From Phoronis australis (lineage: Eukaryota; Animalia; Phoronida), in contig NMRA01000074.1 of assembly GCA_002633005.1 (NCBI GenBank), forward strand, positions 268,187 through 332,186: 64,000 nucleotides of DNA, in the 5' to 3' direction. The position numbers and the translations under genes were made by a program. Position 1 is the first letter of the stretch, and the number at the start of each line of letters is the position of its first letter. Below are positions 25,401 through 40,400 of the stretch, piece after piece. The notes beneath the pieces are model-generated. The model saw only the letters and a list, made by a program, of their open reading frames with translations. It had not been told where the DNA came from and ran no database searches.

Positions 25401-28400
25401 TGACAGTCTCAGCACCAGTGTCAAGATGCAGTTGAGGATGTGACCTTCAACCTCTGACACCTTTGCCCGATTGACCTATGGTTCATCATAATGCACATTC
25501 GATAATCACAGCAGACAGAGTGAAGAAATATTACTTAAGGTCATCCATCTTTTAATTGGCAAACAACACTCTCAATGTGCACTGACCTCAGAGAGACCCA
25601 AAGATATACTCCACATACAAACATTAGTTATCGTTATATAGCGTGAGCACGTAAAATGAACATAGGACTAGTCCGACTTTTATGTCAAGACGTCAATACA
25701 TGTACATGATACAACAAGTGTTGCTCTGTTTTTAGCCTGTTTCTGACACTTGCCATAATTTACCCAGTTTTTTACCACAGTTCAGTGCTAGTGGCGAGGC
25801 TTTCTGTACTAATGGCATGTTGCAGATTTCGGACATGCAAAGCGCGCTCGATATTCATAGAAAGAACAAGTACTCTAAACAGCTAAGCTTTGAAATAAAA
25901 AGCATATTTATCAAATTTCCACCATCCCAGCAAACCCAGCTTAAAGTTATGTAGACCCTATAAAAATGGCCGAATCTGGCAATTCTTGGATCATCAGATC
26001 TTAGAAACGAATGACTGCATTTATTTTAAACTTTCGGATACAATATTCTCAAAAGTGCTATTAGAAATTGTTTTAACAATGATCCACTTTTGCATGAGGT
26101 GCTATCAAAAATAGTACTTTTACAATTTTCAGGAAAAATTTTAAAGTTGACAAAACGAAATAATGTTTTAGAAGGCTGTAACAGCGTCTTTGAAAATAAC
26201 GTTTGATAACATGATGGATACCATTGTTTTGCTATCAAATGAACGTAATAGTTTTACTAAAAAGAAATGTCACGCGACCCAATTAATAACAGTTTATGTC
26301 AAAACTGAAATTTTGCGGCCTCTCTACTTTCAGAAAATATATACTTTTACTGATTTATACTTTTCTATATATTTTCAAATTGTTAATGCAATTGGTGATA
26401 AGGCCAAACATAACCTTAAGCACCACAAACCTGCGAGTGACTTTGACGGAAGTCGAAAACTGTCAGGAAGAAGTTGACCAAGTCTGAGTGATGGCCGCCA
26501 AGGTCAGTCTTGGTCATGTGACTGATGTGGTCAGACAGAATAGACAACAGTGACGGGATGCAGTCCTGCAACATAAAACAAGGTCACGTGAACACAGTCA
26601 AATGACCAATGGAACACAGAACGCTCAATCATGTTCTAGTTGTAGACACGATTAATGGCCATGCTCAGTAGATTTAAATTCCTATCAGCAAAATAACTAT
26701 GTCAAGGGTGACATACGGTCGGCCTTTTCAAATCATATTTCAGAACCACTGAATCATCTATCTGAACCAATAAATCCTACAAAGTCATACAAATCACATG
26801 AAAGGTTGGGACAAAAAATCGTGCAGACGAGCCAGAGATCCTTCAAGTCGAGTAATTTCATCTGGATCCTATGTCGTTTTTCAAATGCATTGTGGGATGG
26901 ATGTTGGCTTGTAAACATCCAATAATGTCACAGGTAACTTGCAGACGTGTAACTAATTCAAAATTTCCATTTTAGTTGGTTATATTTGACTAGCGTGATC
27001 AGACAGCGTGATCAGACAGTGCATGCCTACACTATGAATCTTTTCCACCAAACGACATTCCAGTCTCACTTTTAACTTCTTATTGACGGTGGCTTTGCCG
27101 TACTCACACCAAAAAGCATGTTGCAGTGGACTCATGCTTATAATTCTAAAGTGTAAGTGACAAGTGTTGTTTCCATGATGTTGCTTCACCAAGTTATCTG
27201 TGATGTCACTGCACATTGATGAGCTGACAAACATCCAATTAAATGTTCTAATGCCAACAACACCATCAAGAAAAATCCCCGAATGAAGGGATTGACAAGA
27301 TGCAGCAGTGAACACTATGTGCTTCAGGAGATGGCTAAATAACAGCCATTTTGGAAATTAATTCGATAGGAAATAACTCAAGAATTATTACTGCAGTCTG
27401 TGAATGATCATCAAAACAGTGCGTTTTACGGTTTCTTTATCAACTGTTGAATTCAAACTTCCTGGAATCCTTTGGCAAGTTTGTAGCAGAGTAAATGTCG
27501 CTCGGTGAGTGACAATTTTCAGTGTATAACATAACTGTACAATTGCTTACGATTTTCTTGTCCTCTATCTGATGATAGCAGTCCACAATGGCAGGTAGGA
27601 GGACCCGAGCAGGAATGAATTCCGACAAGTGTGACCTACAGTGCACAAAGACAGAGATCACCCACTGACTTTTCATGTTGTCATGGTTACTATGGAACCT
27701 CCCAAATGAGCTTAACATAAGTTAAAGAGTTAACTCATGAAGTTGAAGTAAACAACAGCTGAAGGATGCCAGGGAAACTACGGTATGTCCCAAATAGTTC
27801 AATTGTATTCTATGGTTTTGAAACATAGGATAAAATCAACTGCCACTGCCAAGAATTACTGAACTTGACATTAATGCCCCGAATCAAATTTAACTATTTT
27901 AAGTAACCTGAAAAAGCATTTTTCTTATCTCTTCACAGTTCTCAGGAAAAAGTTAGAGCATAACTCTACAATCATGGCTGGAGAATCATTCTCATTGAAC
28001 TGCTCAACCAACCAAATTCAGGGTCATAGTTCACATCACTATAGTAAGACTTTCCTCACCTTACAGTCTTCAGTCTCAGGGTCAGAGATGTCTTAGAGCT
28101 GGGGTTAGCATTCTCCACAAGACTAGACAAATAGGCACTCTGCAAAAGTCCCAAGAGGAAGTGATGAACGCCCGCTGACATGACTGAACTTGAACGTGAA
28201 CAAAACTAGAGAGTACCCTAGACCTCATTCCTTGCCAAAAAAGCAAGATCCCACAAAATCAGGCGAGTGGAAAACGAGTATTTCCTAAGCACGCCTAGGT
28301 GTTTTCTAGACTATCCTAGTAAAAATGGCAGCCATTGGTATGATTGGACAGCAAGCTTGGAGAGTTGAATTGTGGAATTAATGTTTCTATTCCACAAGTG

Positions 28401-31400
28401 AAGATGTGCAAGCAAAGGTCATGCAGTCTACAGAACTCAGTCCAAGTCTCCACCTGATTAGCCTCATTTTTTCCAATATACATTACGAGTCATGCAATAA
28501 TTTTCACAGACCCTGAAAATTTTGAAAGCTCTGTACACTAAAACCTAGTATTAAAAAGTGTAAGGCGAACAAAGCGATCGCATTTCACCAATTTCAGGTA
28601 AAAAGTACCTCATGGCAAATTAATCACCATGAATATTTGTCCAGCACAGTATAAGAGACATGTAGAACTAAACCGTGTCTCACCACATGAACGATGTCCT
28701 TCGTGTAAGGGCTCAGGAAGTGAGGCAGACTCTCCAACACTTTCTGAAGGGTCGTGACCCCACTCACCCACAGCAGCTCATTCCTGAAAGGTTAAATAGA
28801 GCGTAAGCGACACGTTCACTGTCCAGGAGTAAAACATGGTCAGTACAAATTTTGATGAAGAGTGGTGTTTTACATTAAGACTGAACGCGAAACTGATAAG
28901 GGAACAAATGTCACATTCCGTTAAGAAGAAATTTTTTAAGGTTATAGGTGACCCTACAAAAAATGTTCAAATTTGGCTTCAGAGCATCACATCTCCGAAA
29001 AATATGCTTTATGCACTATTCTCCAAAGCGCTGTTAAACATTGTTTTTAAGATGCCTCTTTTGCATGAGGAGCTGTGAAGTATATGAATTTTACGATTTT
29101 CAGGAAAACTTGTAAGCTGCATAAAACAAAAAAGAAACAATAATTTAGAAGTCTGTAATAGTTTTTGAGATTTCATCTGTAGTTGATGACCTATATATCA
29201 TGAAATTTCCTCATATTATTGATATTGGCCTTTTGCTGTCACTGTACCTTTCTTTTTTGCTAAATTCTACTAAAAAGAGACGTCATGTGAATCAATTCAT
29301 GACAGAATGTCAAACATCAAATTCTACAGGCTTTCAAATTTCACAAAATATCTACTTCTACCGAGTTATAATTTATAGTTCTTTTTTAGTATCTGGCAAA
29401 ATGCATAGACATGACAATGTCTTACATAACCAAATTAATAAACAAACTACCTAAACAATAAAACAATTCACAAGAAAAATGCCAATGATTAACAAAAAAT
29501 TTGCTTCACATTATCAAACACCTGCTAGGCAGGCTGTACTCAACAAGTATGGAGTGTCCACCAGACACAAGAGGGCACTAGCGTCTCTGCACACTTACCC
29601 CACCAACACATCTCCATCACTCATCAAGGTTAGTAAAGGTGGCATGAAGCGACTTAGGTAAGGTATGGCATGTGCCTTCAGACACAGGCACAGTTCAGCC
29701 AGACACAAGAGGGCACTAGCGGAGACTGGTGGCGGCCCAGCGAGAAAGGTGTCCACCGAGACCGGGATAACCTGCCAAACAGCAAAGCGCTCAGAAAATT
29801 CACAAAGAGCATATCAAAGAGGCCTAAAAAACACTCTAAAATCTAAAATGTCTCATTAAAACAGTGTATATTTTAAGTTGTAGCAAGCGCCACCTTGTGA
29901 CTTCCTGGAGAAGTGTGTGTACAAGTATAATCAGGAAAAGAAACAATTTGTACATGCAGTGTAGCTTTAAAGAAAACACCACAACTGATACACTTGAAAA
30001 TAAGTGTGAATATAGAGAAAACCCCTAGTAATTCCAAATATTATGCAATCGTTATTAGACAGTGAAATGAACAAGTCATCAAAACTGTGCCTTAGGGTAA
30101 CGATCAGACACAATACCACACTCATTTACCTGAAAATAGTCTCGCAACACGAGATTGTAATGGTAACTGGTTCTCCTATGGTTTCTGGCACACCAGAAGA
30201 AGGGGGGTTGTTTGTAAATAGTACTTCACTTGAATATTCACAATTTAATGAGACATAGCATCTTTCATATAGTGTCCTTGATAAGCCCTGAACATGAACC
30301 TGGACAAACACAATAATCCAAGGATAAAACTCCACCCCAAATAAACCATTGTCTTCACCTTCTTGAAAGTGTCCGCGTGTCCACCACTGACAGCTTTACA
30401 CAATAACTTCAGGCTGTAAAGGGCGGTCTGACGATTGACAGCCAGCTCCTCAGCGTCGCCATGACTACCGTCGGCACGGGCAACGGTTACCAGGGAATCC
30501 ACCAATCCCAATAACAGAACAGTCTGGAATGCATGAAGACAAAAGAAGTTAAGTGCAATGGATAAACATGTTGTTGACATTCCACACTTGAAGCAGCACG
30601 ACAAGCATCAATTGTATTTAGATTGCATTAAGTTATTTGTTAACACAATTTTTCCGCCAAAACACAAACCCAGCCACCAATCAGTTGCTTAACGTCAACA
30701 CCCACAATCACCAATTAGCTGATGACCAGGTGATCATTAATTTCTGATGGAGAATGACAACTGCCAATTCCACTACACTGGAACCTTAGACCCATAGCCG
30801 TTATCAACATGAATCAAAACTGATATCTTCTATCTTCTTGTTCTTGGATAATTCAATCAGACCATGAATACCATATGTACAACCACCCAATGGTAGCCAT
30901 ACCCACCCGATGATGGCCACACCCACTCAACGGTGGCCACACCCACTCGATGGTGGCCCCGCCCACCTGATAGTGATTACACTGTCCACACCCGGTGCTG
31001 ACATTACCCACCTCTTCTTGGCTATACGGCTCCCTGTGCTGGTGAAGCTTGTTGTTCAACAGTTCCATGGCCTTCCTGCGCACATTGGCCAACTCGCTCT
31101 GCATCAGTCCCGTCACCACGGTAACAAAGACGCTGCTAGGCAACAACGAGTTGATCTGATGGCAAATTGAAAACATAGATGTAAAGTATTAAGTACACAC
31201 TAACGGACGTAACATATTGATAATAAGACCTGTATGCCCACTGCCACAAATATGTTACAATAGATATCATGGCCTTAGAACAGCACTGGTAAAGACTAAT
31301 TTCGCACTCAGATTTTTTTTAATATATAGACTGGACATTGATCCCACTGACAATAAACTGGATACTCAAATGAAGGGCGAAACTGTTGAATGACATCACA

Positions 31401-34400
31401 TTTACCATCACCACCCTGTTAGGAGCATGCGACCTTTTCTCTGATCTACTCACATTTAGTGTCTAGTCTTAGGCCCACTGTACTATCACCTGCAACCATT
31501 TTTATGCTTTATTATAGTGTCCTATTTCACTTGCCAAGAATAAACACACTGAATGAACTACTAGCTGTCACCATACCTTGTCTAGAACGTCGTAAGCCTT
31601 ATGCAGCAGTGCCCTCCAGAACTTGGCGCTGACGTCTTGACTGTGCTGCTCAACAGTGTGTGCCACTGTGGTCACGTACTGCAGACATTTTTCCAGTATG
31701 TTCTGATAAAGAGGCTGCATCCTACCGGTTTCCTCCTCACTCAGCTCCACAACCTGAAGATAACAACGAACTCCCAGTATTACATAAATTCTTGAAAAAA
31801 GTCGGCGAAATTCTCCTCATCAAAAATGGACAACGTAGCAGGGCAAAATACTATAACTGAACAACTAGTTTTCATGTTTTTGGCCGTAACTTCAAAGGAG
31901 CTAGGGAGAAAATTTTGTCATCAATCAGACAAAATTGATCATCAATCTTTTTAAAACAAACAAACACATAAACAAGCACTTGCCACAAGGTGACCCAAAT
32001 TGTCATTGATATCCCAGGAAACACACATTTTTAAAGCTCTAATGTCAAATTGTACAGTAAGTTACGTAATGAATTTTTTGCTTTAAGATAAGCCATACCC
32101 AATATCTTTAGTTAGCAATCTTAAATTTCCAATATAAACTGAAAATGAGCTCTCATTGACAATTCCCAAATTTTCAACGGAGGAACATTTTGCTTTATAA
32201 ATGAATTTTCACAAATTCAACATTTCTTGCTATGACCTTGAAAACAATGTCAAGGTCACCAAATTCAACTGATAACTTGAACTGCCCCACCTACTGATCG
32301 GTACAAAATATGGACAGAATGTGAAGTTTCCTTCTTAAATATTGTGCCAACAAAATTCTCCTAGCAAGAGTATAGCATCAACATTTCTCCAGTGGAACAT
32401 TTCCTGCTGTGATTATGAGGTCATGGTAGCAAAAATCGAGTGGCATCTAAGAACGCCAGCCTATACCCCTCTCTAAAATATGAACAAAATCTAAAATATG
32501 AACAAAGTCTAAAATATGAACAAAATCTAAAATATGAACAAAGTCTAAAATATGAACAAAATCTAAAATATGATCAAAATCTAAAATATGAACAAAATCT
32601 AAAATATGAACAAAATCTAAAACCCCTTTCAGAGATATCGAGCCAACATTTTCTCAGACAAGTCAAAACTTGATTTTTTCACTGTGACCTCGAAAAAAGA
32701 AAGGTTGCCAAAATTGAGGGCACCTGGAGTTGTCCTTCTTAAAACTGTTCAAAATATGAAAATTAAATCTAAAACTGGAAAGGTCATCAAAATCGACTGG
32801 TGCCTGGAATTACACCAACTTAATACGAAAATATGAACATAACCCAAAAGTTTTCTTCTTGAGATATCGTGCCAATGTTGTGTGATGCAAATACATACAG
32901 AAGGTTGTGAATACTTTGTCACCATGCATTGCACTAATACGCGACAAGACACAATATAAATATGAATCCTTCCGAAGAACTGTTGATAATACATCAACAA
33001 GCAATTTTTTTAAAATTACTAGCTATACCCAGTCAAAAGAAAGATTTAAAATAATTCTATTATAATAATAGTATTTCTGGGTGTCCACATAGTAAGTGGA
33101 TTCTAACAGGGGAAATAACTTTCGACATTTAATACACAAGTGTCGCAACTGACTGCATTGCCAAGTCCATTAACCTTGTCCATTATCGGAGCATCTACCT
33201 ATCGTTGTAATGAGTGATATAAAATGAGTGCTAAGTAAAGTGCAAGTAATATACTTATTCTAAACCCTAGACTGCTTAACATTAAAAAAATGGTAAAAAT
33301 TCTCCAATTTCGAAAACAAATAATTGCAAGAATTGACATTATTCAAAAGCATCTTACTTCATTGCTGCAAATACTCAAACCATTTCAAATGGTGTTCATC
33401 AATAAGCGTGGCATCTTCTTTGGGCAAACCATGCCAACAAAAAACTAAATTTTCTTAATAGCCAGATTATGTTGAGAAATTTGATCACGCTAAAACCCAG
33501 CTGTTCATCACACCATGTCCTTAACTGAAGAACGTTTACCATAATCCAACATGTACTGCGCGACCCGAAATGGAATAACGTTTGAGAGTTAAAGTGGAAA
33601 TTGCAGGATAATTACTTATCTCCGTGATTGCTTGGTCAAACTAACTTGAAACACAACAAATAAAGACAGTGTGAAAGTAGCTCGAAAGATGCCAAATGTT
33701 TTTAAGAACGAGCTTTGTGGCAAAAATGATCAGCCACAAATCACTCAACTGTGTCCAGTAAGTATCGAGACATGGTGCTGAGAAATAACACTGCATGGTG
33801 CAGGCTACGTGAGCCCGCAAGGTGAGTCATTAGTGCAAAGGTCACCTATTTGTAGAATTTTGTTTTGTTTTCACATTATACAAGTTGTCAATGAATACAA
33901 CACAGCACTTTGCTTAACGCAGATTGTATTAACATAGCGTTATTGTTTAGTTCCTGCTGTACATTAGCATAGTTAAAAGCAAGCAATTTTGCTTTTAAAT
34001 CCACATTTTGTTAACAGAACCTTAATTAAAGAACACTTGCAGTATGGAAGTGGTCTCAACATGATCCTCCCTGAAATTAAGAGAAGATTTCTAGTCTTGG
34101 AAATACATACAAGTTAGCGCAACACGGAAGGTTGTTTTCTTGCAGAACACGTTCTCAATCAATAAGAAACTGCCAGTCCTTTCTGAATCCAGGGACCACG
34201 TCTCACATGAGCAAAGAAAACGTGCCCAGTTTCATAGCAACGAGTCGCCAGAACAAAAGAGTGTCTCTAAAGACAGAATGGTGCTTTTCTCTTACAGGTT
34301 TAGTTGAAAAAGGCAGTACCTGTCCAATGAATGTTGTGCTGGACAAAACTGAGGTGATGAAACTGGTCGTAGTGAATTTGAAGTGCCTCAGTTGTTTGGC

Positions 34401-37400
34401 AGTGTGCGTGGCTGGGTCGAACAAGGTGAGGCCCTCAGGTGGACTCTGCACACGTTTACCCATAGCAGGCTTGGGCTCTGAAGAAAAGTAATAATCACAT
34501 GCCACTGGTATGTCAAGCAACAGGATTCCGGCAGCTTGAAGGTATGACGATGCACACTCCTCGCAAAGATTTTGACAGGCCACTATGGGTCATGTGACTT
34601 ATCGTATAATGAATTTCTCACACCAACTTAAACGGCACCAGTCACGTGACCCATCACTGACCTGCCCTAGAATTCGCAACAGGGATGTAATGCAGCCATC
34701 TCCCCAAATGAAAGCACAGAATAAGATCAATTTTCTCACGAAAAACAAGTACAGATGGTTTCATAGTTTCCGGCTAGCTTCTTGCCAATAGATGGAGTGC
34801 CAACACCAGGTAACTAAACAGACACAATTTCCATTCTCACGTGACTTCCATTTTCTGTGAGTTTTACAAGTTGATAAAATTTTCATCTTCCTCTAGTTAT
34901 AATAATCCACCAAAAACGTAGACATATTAAATAGATGTGAATTTTCGCAATTGCAGCAATTTTGAGATTTTGACAACGCAAACAATACCAATCAATGGTA
35001 ACACTTTGGCTCATAATAATAGACTGCATTAATTTGAGACTTGTCTCTTCAATGTAGACCTCTGTACCACCAAAACTGCACTCCGGTACTTTAGACACTA
35101 GAGTTGCAGATTTTTCAGTAAATTTGCAGATTTTTGCATTAAGATCAAATATTGAACTTTCAGCATACTACGTTTTTGAAACTGTGTTTAGTTGATACTT
35201 TTCCCACTCAGTTACTTACTTTTGAAAAACTTTTGAAGTGACCAGCTATTTTCAGAATTCTCTATTACGTGCTTAGTGGAAATGAAATAGATGTTGGAAT
35301 GCCGTGCAATTACCGACGGATAAAAGTATAAAATAGTAAAATTAGTAAAACTAAAACGACGAGCATCGGTATGTACTCAGCAGTCTGTAGCACACACTTG
35401 ACAATGAGCGCATCACTCGAAACGTGGGGATATTTTGATATATTTTAGTACGCTTTGCATTTTTGACAACAGTATGTATTTAGTCGGAGATAGTCGTAAT
35501 CAAATGAAGTCAGTGCTTATAGTTTAGGTCGAAGACACTGAATATTGATAGAAGAGGCTTTGAAATAATTTGTTCTGTTGCAATATTTTAAGTGAATTGA
35601 AGCAAGTTTTCAACCGAATATATATTTTTAACTTCTAATTTAAAAATCTTCTTCCATTCCTACAATTAGCTTATCCCCAAGTGAGTAAGTAACAAAACCG
35701 TAAATAACCTGCTTCGAAGTTGCACATTTTTGCCTGGTTTTGCGTACTTACGTACAGCAACACAAAATACAAATCCGCATATTTGCATTCAATACACAGG
35801 TCTGCTAATGAGGAGTTTTGTTACATCATACAAAATTTTCCATCAGTTAGCCATAAACTTTTTTCAAACCTATCTTTCATATTCCAAGCATTTTTTAAGT
35901 TTTCTATGATGACAAATAGGCGCTGATGCACACACACATCTGTTTATGATGAGAAAAACAAGTAAACCAACCACTAATATCCTGAGGCAGACTAGCCAGG
36001 TATTCCAGCAGACGCAACACCGACTTCACTTGGACACCAGGCTCAAACTGATGACACAGCGACAGGCAGAACTCTAGGTGAGGATGCTGGAAATAAAAAA
36101 GATGAACTCTCCACCAGTTAGTTTACAACTACTGTGCCCTATTTTTGCATAATATCTACAACACCTAGGAAATGTTGAAACCATAATATTCATCTTTCAT
36201 ACTATCATTTCAACTATAGAAGTTTTCAAAATAAAGTTGGACAACTTCAAACTTCAACAAACTTTCAAAACACAAATCCGTTGTCAAATACACATTTCTC
36301 TTTTACTAAAACCCAAACATCAAATTGCCATTGACTAAAGCTCAACAAAAAATACCATTTTACTGTGATAAAAGTTTGACAAACATCTGAATAAGTCTTG
36401 CAAAATAGCCGCCAAAGTTTAACAGCACCTGTCACAGTTCTGGCAGAGTCTGTTAACTTTATTTTGAAACCTACATGCATAATTTTAATACAAATGCATC
36501 AAAGCACTAGTTGTTGCACACATGTGAATGGATAGATTTTTGGCAAATCGAGATTGCCGCAGCTCACTGAGGTACTAAGGCTACCAATATGAAATAGGTG
36601 CAATGTTATTTGCAATTGATTCATGGTTCTCTATGCATATTGCTTTCTCCTTAGACACAGCTTACAGAGTCAATTTTCCTACAGAAACAAAATACCTATA
36701 GTTCAAAAATCATTACCAACATTTGCTGCCAAACACACACCTTTGAATCCATACACTTGTAGTATAATTCACAAAATGAGGCTCTTATTCAAGCTGCTAT
36801 AGTGAAAATAATCAACTGTTGATTTAAAACACTTACCGCCATCAAACTACTCTCTTCTAGCCTACAGNAAGTGTTGGATTTTATATTTTAACCTATTAAA
36901 AATAATTAAAAAATTATGGGTCATGGGTTGGAGAAATAAATGAAAAATATGGGCGGTGGGTACGAAATAAAAGTGCCTTCCCCCCCCTCCCATACAGATT
37001 TTGCTGGAACAGCCCTGAGGTACTAAGGCTACCAATATGAAATAGGTGCAATGTTATTTGCAATTGATTCATGGTTCTCTATGCATATTGCTTTCTCCTT
37101 AGACACAGCTTACAGAGTCAATTTTCCTACAGAAACAAAATACCTGTAGTTCAAAAATCATTACCAACATTTGCTGCCAAACACACACCTTTGAATCCAT
37201 ACACTTGTAGTATAATTCACAAAATGAGGCTCTTATTCAAGCTGCTATAGTGAAAATAATCAACTGTTGATTTAAAACACTTACCGCCATCAAACTACTC
37301 TCTTCTAGCCTACAGAGATGAGAATTATTGGATTTGCACACAGTGACAAGTTAGGTTTTAAAGCCTAGTCTCAATCAATAACAAACGGACAGTCCTTTCA

Positions 37401-40400
37401 AAGCCCTAAAGTCACCTCCAATTCAGCCAAGCAACAATTTGAGATCACTATTACAATAGTAAGACAATGAAATGAGAGGTTGCTTTCTGTGATGAAAGCT
37501 GTGTTTTTAGTTGCTTTTAAATTAACTACCCCAAAACTGACTATGGTAAAATCTCACCAATTTCGGACAAAAATAATTGCCAAAATTGATCTTTTTACAC
37601 TTTTCAACCGCTTCTAATATTGTTTTAAATGTCCACAGTCACTGGAAACATTGTCTGAAGGAAGCTGTGGCATAGACCTTTAAATGGTATAGCATCTATT
37701 TCATGCTACTTATCTTTATGAAAACAATGAAAACATAAAATTTCACTTGTCTGCCATATCCTGTCCTAAATCGGTGAGATTTTTATGTAAATGAACGACG
37801 CTTGCACTTTAAACATTCCAAGTGCAAATCCAATGCCATACCGTGGCTTCCTTCCCATCATGCTCAGTGTGAAGGCCCTTGGTGACGAACACTTCTATCA
37901 ATAGGACCAGGGTGACCCAGAGGAACCTTTCACTACCCACGGTGGTGATCAGCTTGGAGAAGAGCGGTAGGCGGCGGTGATGCGGGATGTGCGGGTGGGC
38001 GTCGACGAAGACGCGGATCACCATGGAGACGATGGACTCCAGCTTCTGCGATGAGATGTTGGTGGAGTCTCGCTCACTCGCCTGACGACGAAGAAAATCA
38101 GGCTTCAAACAAATCACTTGTGACATGCAGAAAGTAATAAGTTCAACGGGTGCACCACCAGCCATAACCAAAAGCAACCAGCATGAACCAATCCCGAATG
38201 CAATTCATTCACTGCGCATGTTAAAAGTTAATTTCATTCATAAAAATCTGGGTGGTCTTACTAAAACTGTGCATGGTGGCATTATTAAATTCAGATTGTA
38301 ATGTACTAAGGATGGCCTTCAGTAAAAAATTAGAGTTTTGCACAATCATGGTGAAGTGCTTCATTAAATTTTCTTCATCATCAGGCCTGTATGAAAACAG
38401 TTTTTAACTAGCTCTAATGTGCAGGTCAAAATTCAAATTAAAAACATGGATGAAAAACGGTTAACTCTGTAGGAAGATGAACAACGAAGTCCATCATTGG
38501 CTAAAAGGAAGACACAACCTTCGACATTTTAGCAGACTTTCTACAAAATGGGATAATTACGGTAAAATTGCACCAATTTCAATGCAAAATTGATTGTTAT
38601 AATTATCCTTTCTTCATTTTTATGGTTTTCCAACATCATTGTGAATGGTCAAAACTTTTCAAATATTTTTTTTCCGAGGACAGCAAATGTACAGAACTAA
38701 AACATGGTAAAGTATTACTTTAATGCTATATATTACGTTTTACGAAAACACGCGAAGATGAAATTCACTTGTCCGCCAGATGGCGTCGAAATTGGTGAAA
38801 TTTGACTTGATATGCACATTTTTGCCAGAACTAGATAAAAAAGCCACAGAGAGTTCAAAGCCAAAACTGTCATCCCCTAACTACGCCGTTTCCCTCTAGG
38901 TAACTCTCACCAGGACGAGGGCTGGTATCACGGTCTCCACTGTGCGCGATATCACCTGGAAGCTATAGGCATCATCCTGCCGCATGACATTGGCACCCAT
39001 GAATGTAAATATAGACATAACGTTGTGCAGCACGTGCTCCGGGAACATGGCCGCCGCCTGGCTGAGGAGCAAGAGGGCCTGGCGATGGGTCTGTGGGTTG
39101 TCAGACACACGGATACACTGAACGATCACGTCAATGGTGAACTGACGCTCGCTCAGCAGGTCTGGAAGTCAAAAGAGAAAACGAAATACAATTTCTTAGA
39201 ACAAATGCTAATGAAACTTATTAAGTTTTGTCAAAAACACGTAAAACAAAAACAAGCAAAAAAATAACGAAAAGAGCCAAAAATACAGTTTGCAATTTTG
39301 TACTTTTGGCTTCAATATGAAAATGAGAAATGTTTAGTGAGAAACTAAGTTCATGAGGTCAAAAGAATTGTTGCTTACACCACGTGAAAAGAAAACAGCA
39401 AAATTTTAAGAGTCTGGAATCAATTTGACCACATGCCTTAGATATAACTACAGACAAGAGAGCCAATGGAAAAACAAAGGACAGGTAGATCTTAATCGCG
39501 CAATAAAATTCATGTTTTGAGACACTTTAGTAAGCTAACTTCAACAAAACACTCATAGTTCATATTTGAACGCAAAAACCACATGACCATAGGACCCCAC
39601 TGGAATAGAATATATGGGTCCATCCAGTAAAACGTGGGAGAAAACAGAGAAATGTATACTCTAAGAATGTCTATAATTCATCAAAACAACAACTGTAAGG
39701 CTTTCTTTAGCTGTCCAACTATGTGTCCAGTGTCTTACTTCACTAAAATGTTTAACTATACAACCATGTTTTTACACAGTTTATACGGCAGAAACTTGCA
39801 ACTAGTTGTAAGTCTCCATTTACTCGTGTTAAAATTCGTCGCAAAGTTACCCCACTTAAGTGAAACAGGCCTCTCAGGGGCAGAAGCTTATCAATATTAA
39901 CTTCTCAACAACTTTGTGCATCCATGAATAGAATACTATTCCAATGTCACAATGTAAAATGAATTCAGATCGAACTCTTAAACATTACACACTTGATCGT
40001 GAAAACTTGAAAGTACCTAACAAACATTTGGACTAAAGACAACTTACTTTTATCAATAGGCGTGTTATCTGGCGACAACTTTTGACAGATGACTTGGATA
40101 CAAGACAGACACAACTGTTTAGTGTACTCCACGGATGACTGATCGTTGACTTCTAAACACCTGTATTCAGCAGAGAAGAGATCATGTGTTCACCATAACC
40201 CATAACCACTGAAAGCTACTTTTTAACACAGTATCACAGCACGTAACAACACATTGAAATTTGGGTCCCTTGCTAACAAATGTCATAAGCTTGGTTGCAG
40301 TCAAGACAATCACAAGTACATTTGTGCACGCAGCACTGTCTTGTTTTTCAGAGCCAAGCGTTGCAACTGGCGTTACCTTGAATATTACACATATTCAGAC

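Larger units (their letters stand above)
37540..38810. mobile_element. Two diverged copies of a ~250-bp MITE (~37543-37785 and ~38559-38806) flanking a HEATR1 exon
   Basis: GGTAAAAT..CACCAATTTC at the left and AAAT.GGTGA.ATTT at the right of each copy; shared ATGAAA..TTCACTTGTC.GCCA. Confidence 0.55.

Noticed and set aside
32440-32673. ORF with (LKYEQN)n repeats
   Set aside because: Translation of an intronic 18-bp minisatellite on the antisense strand.
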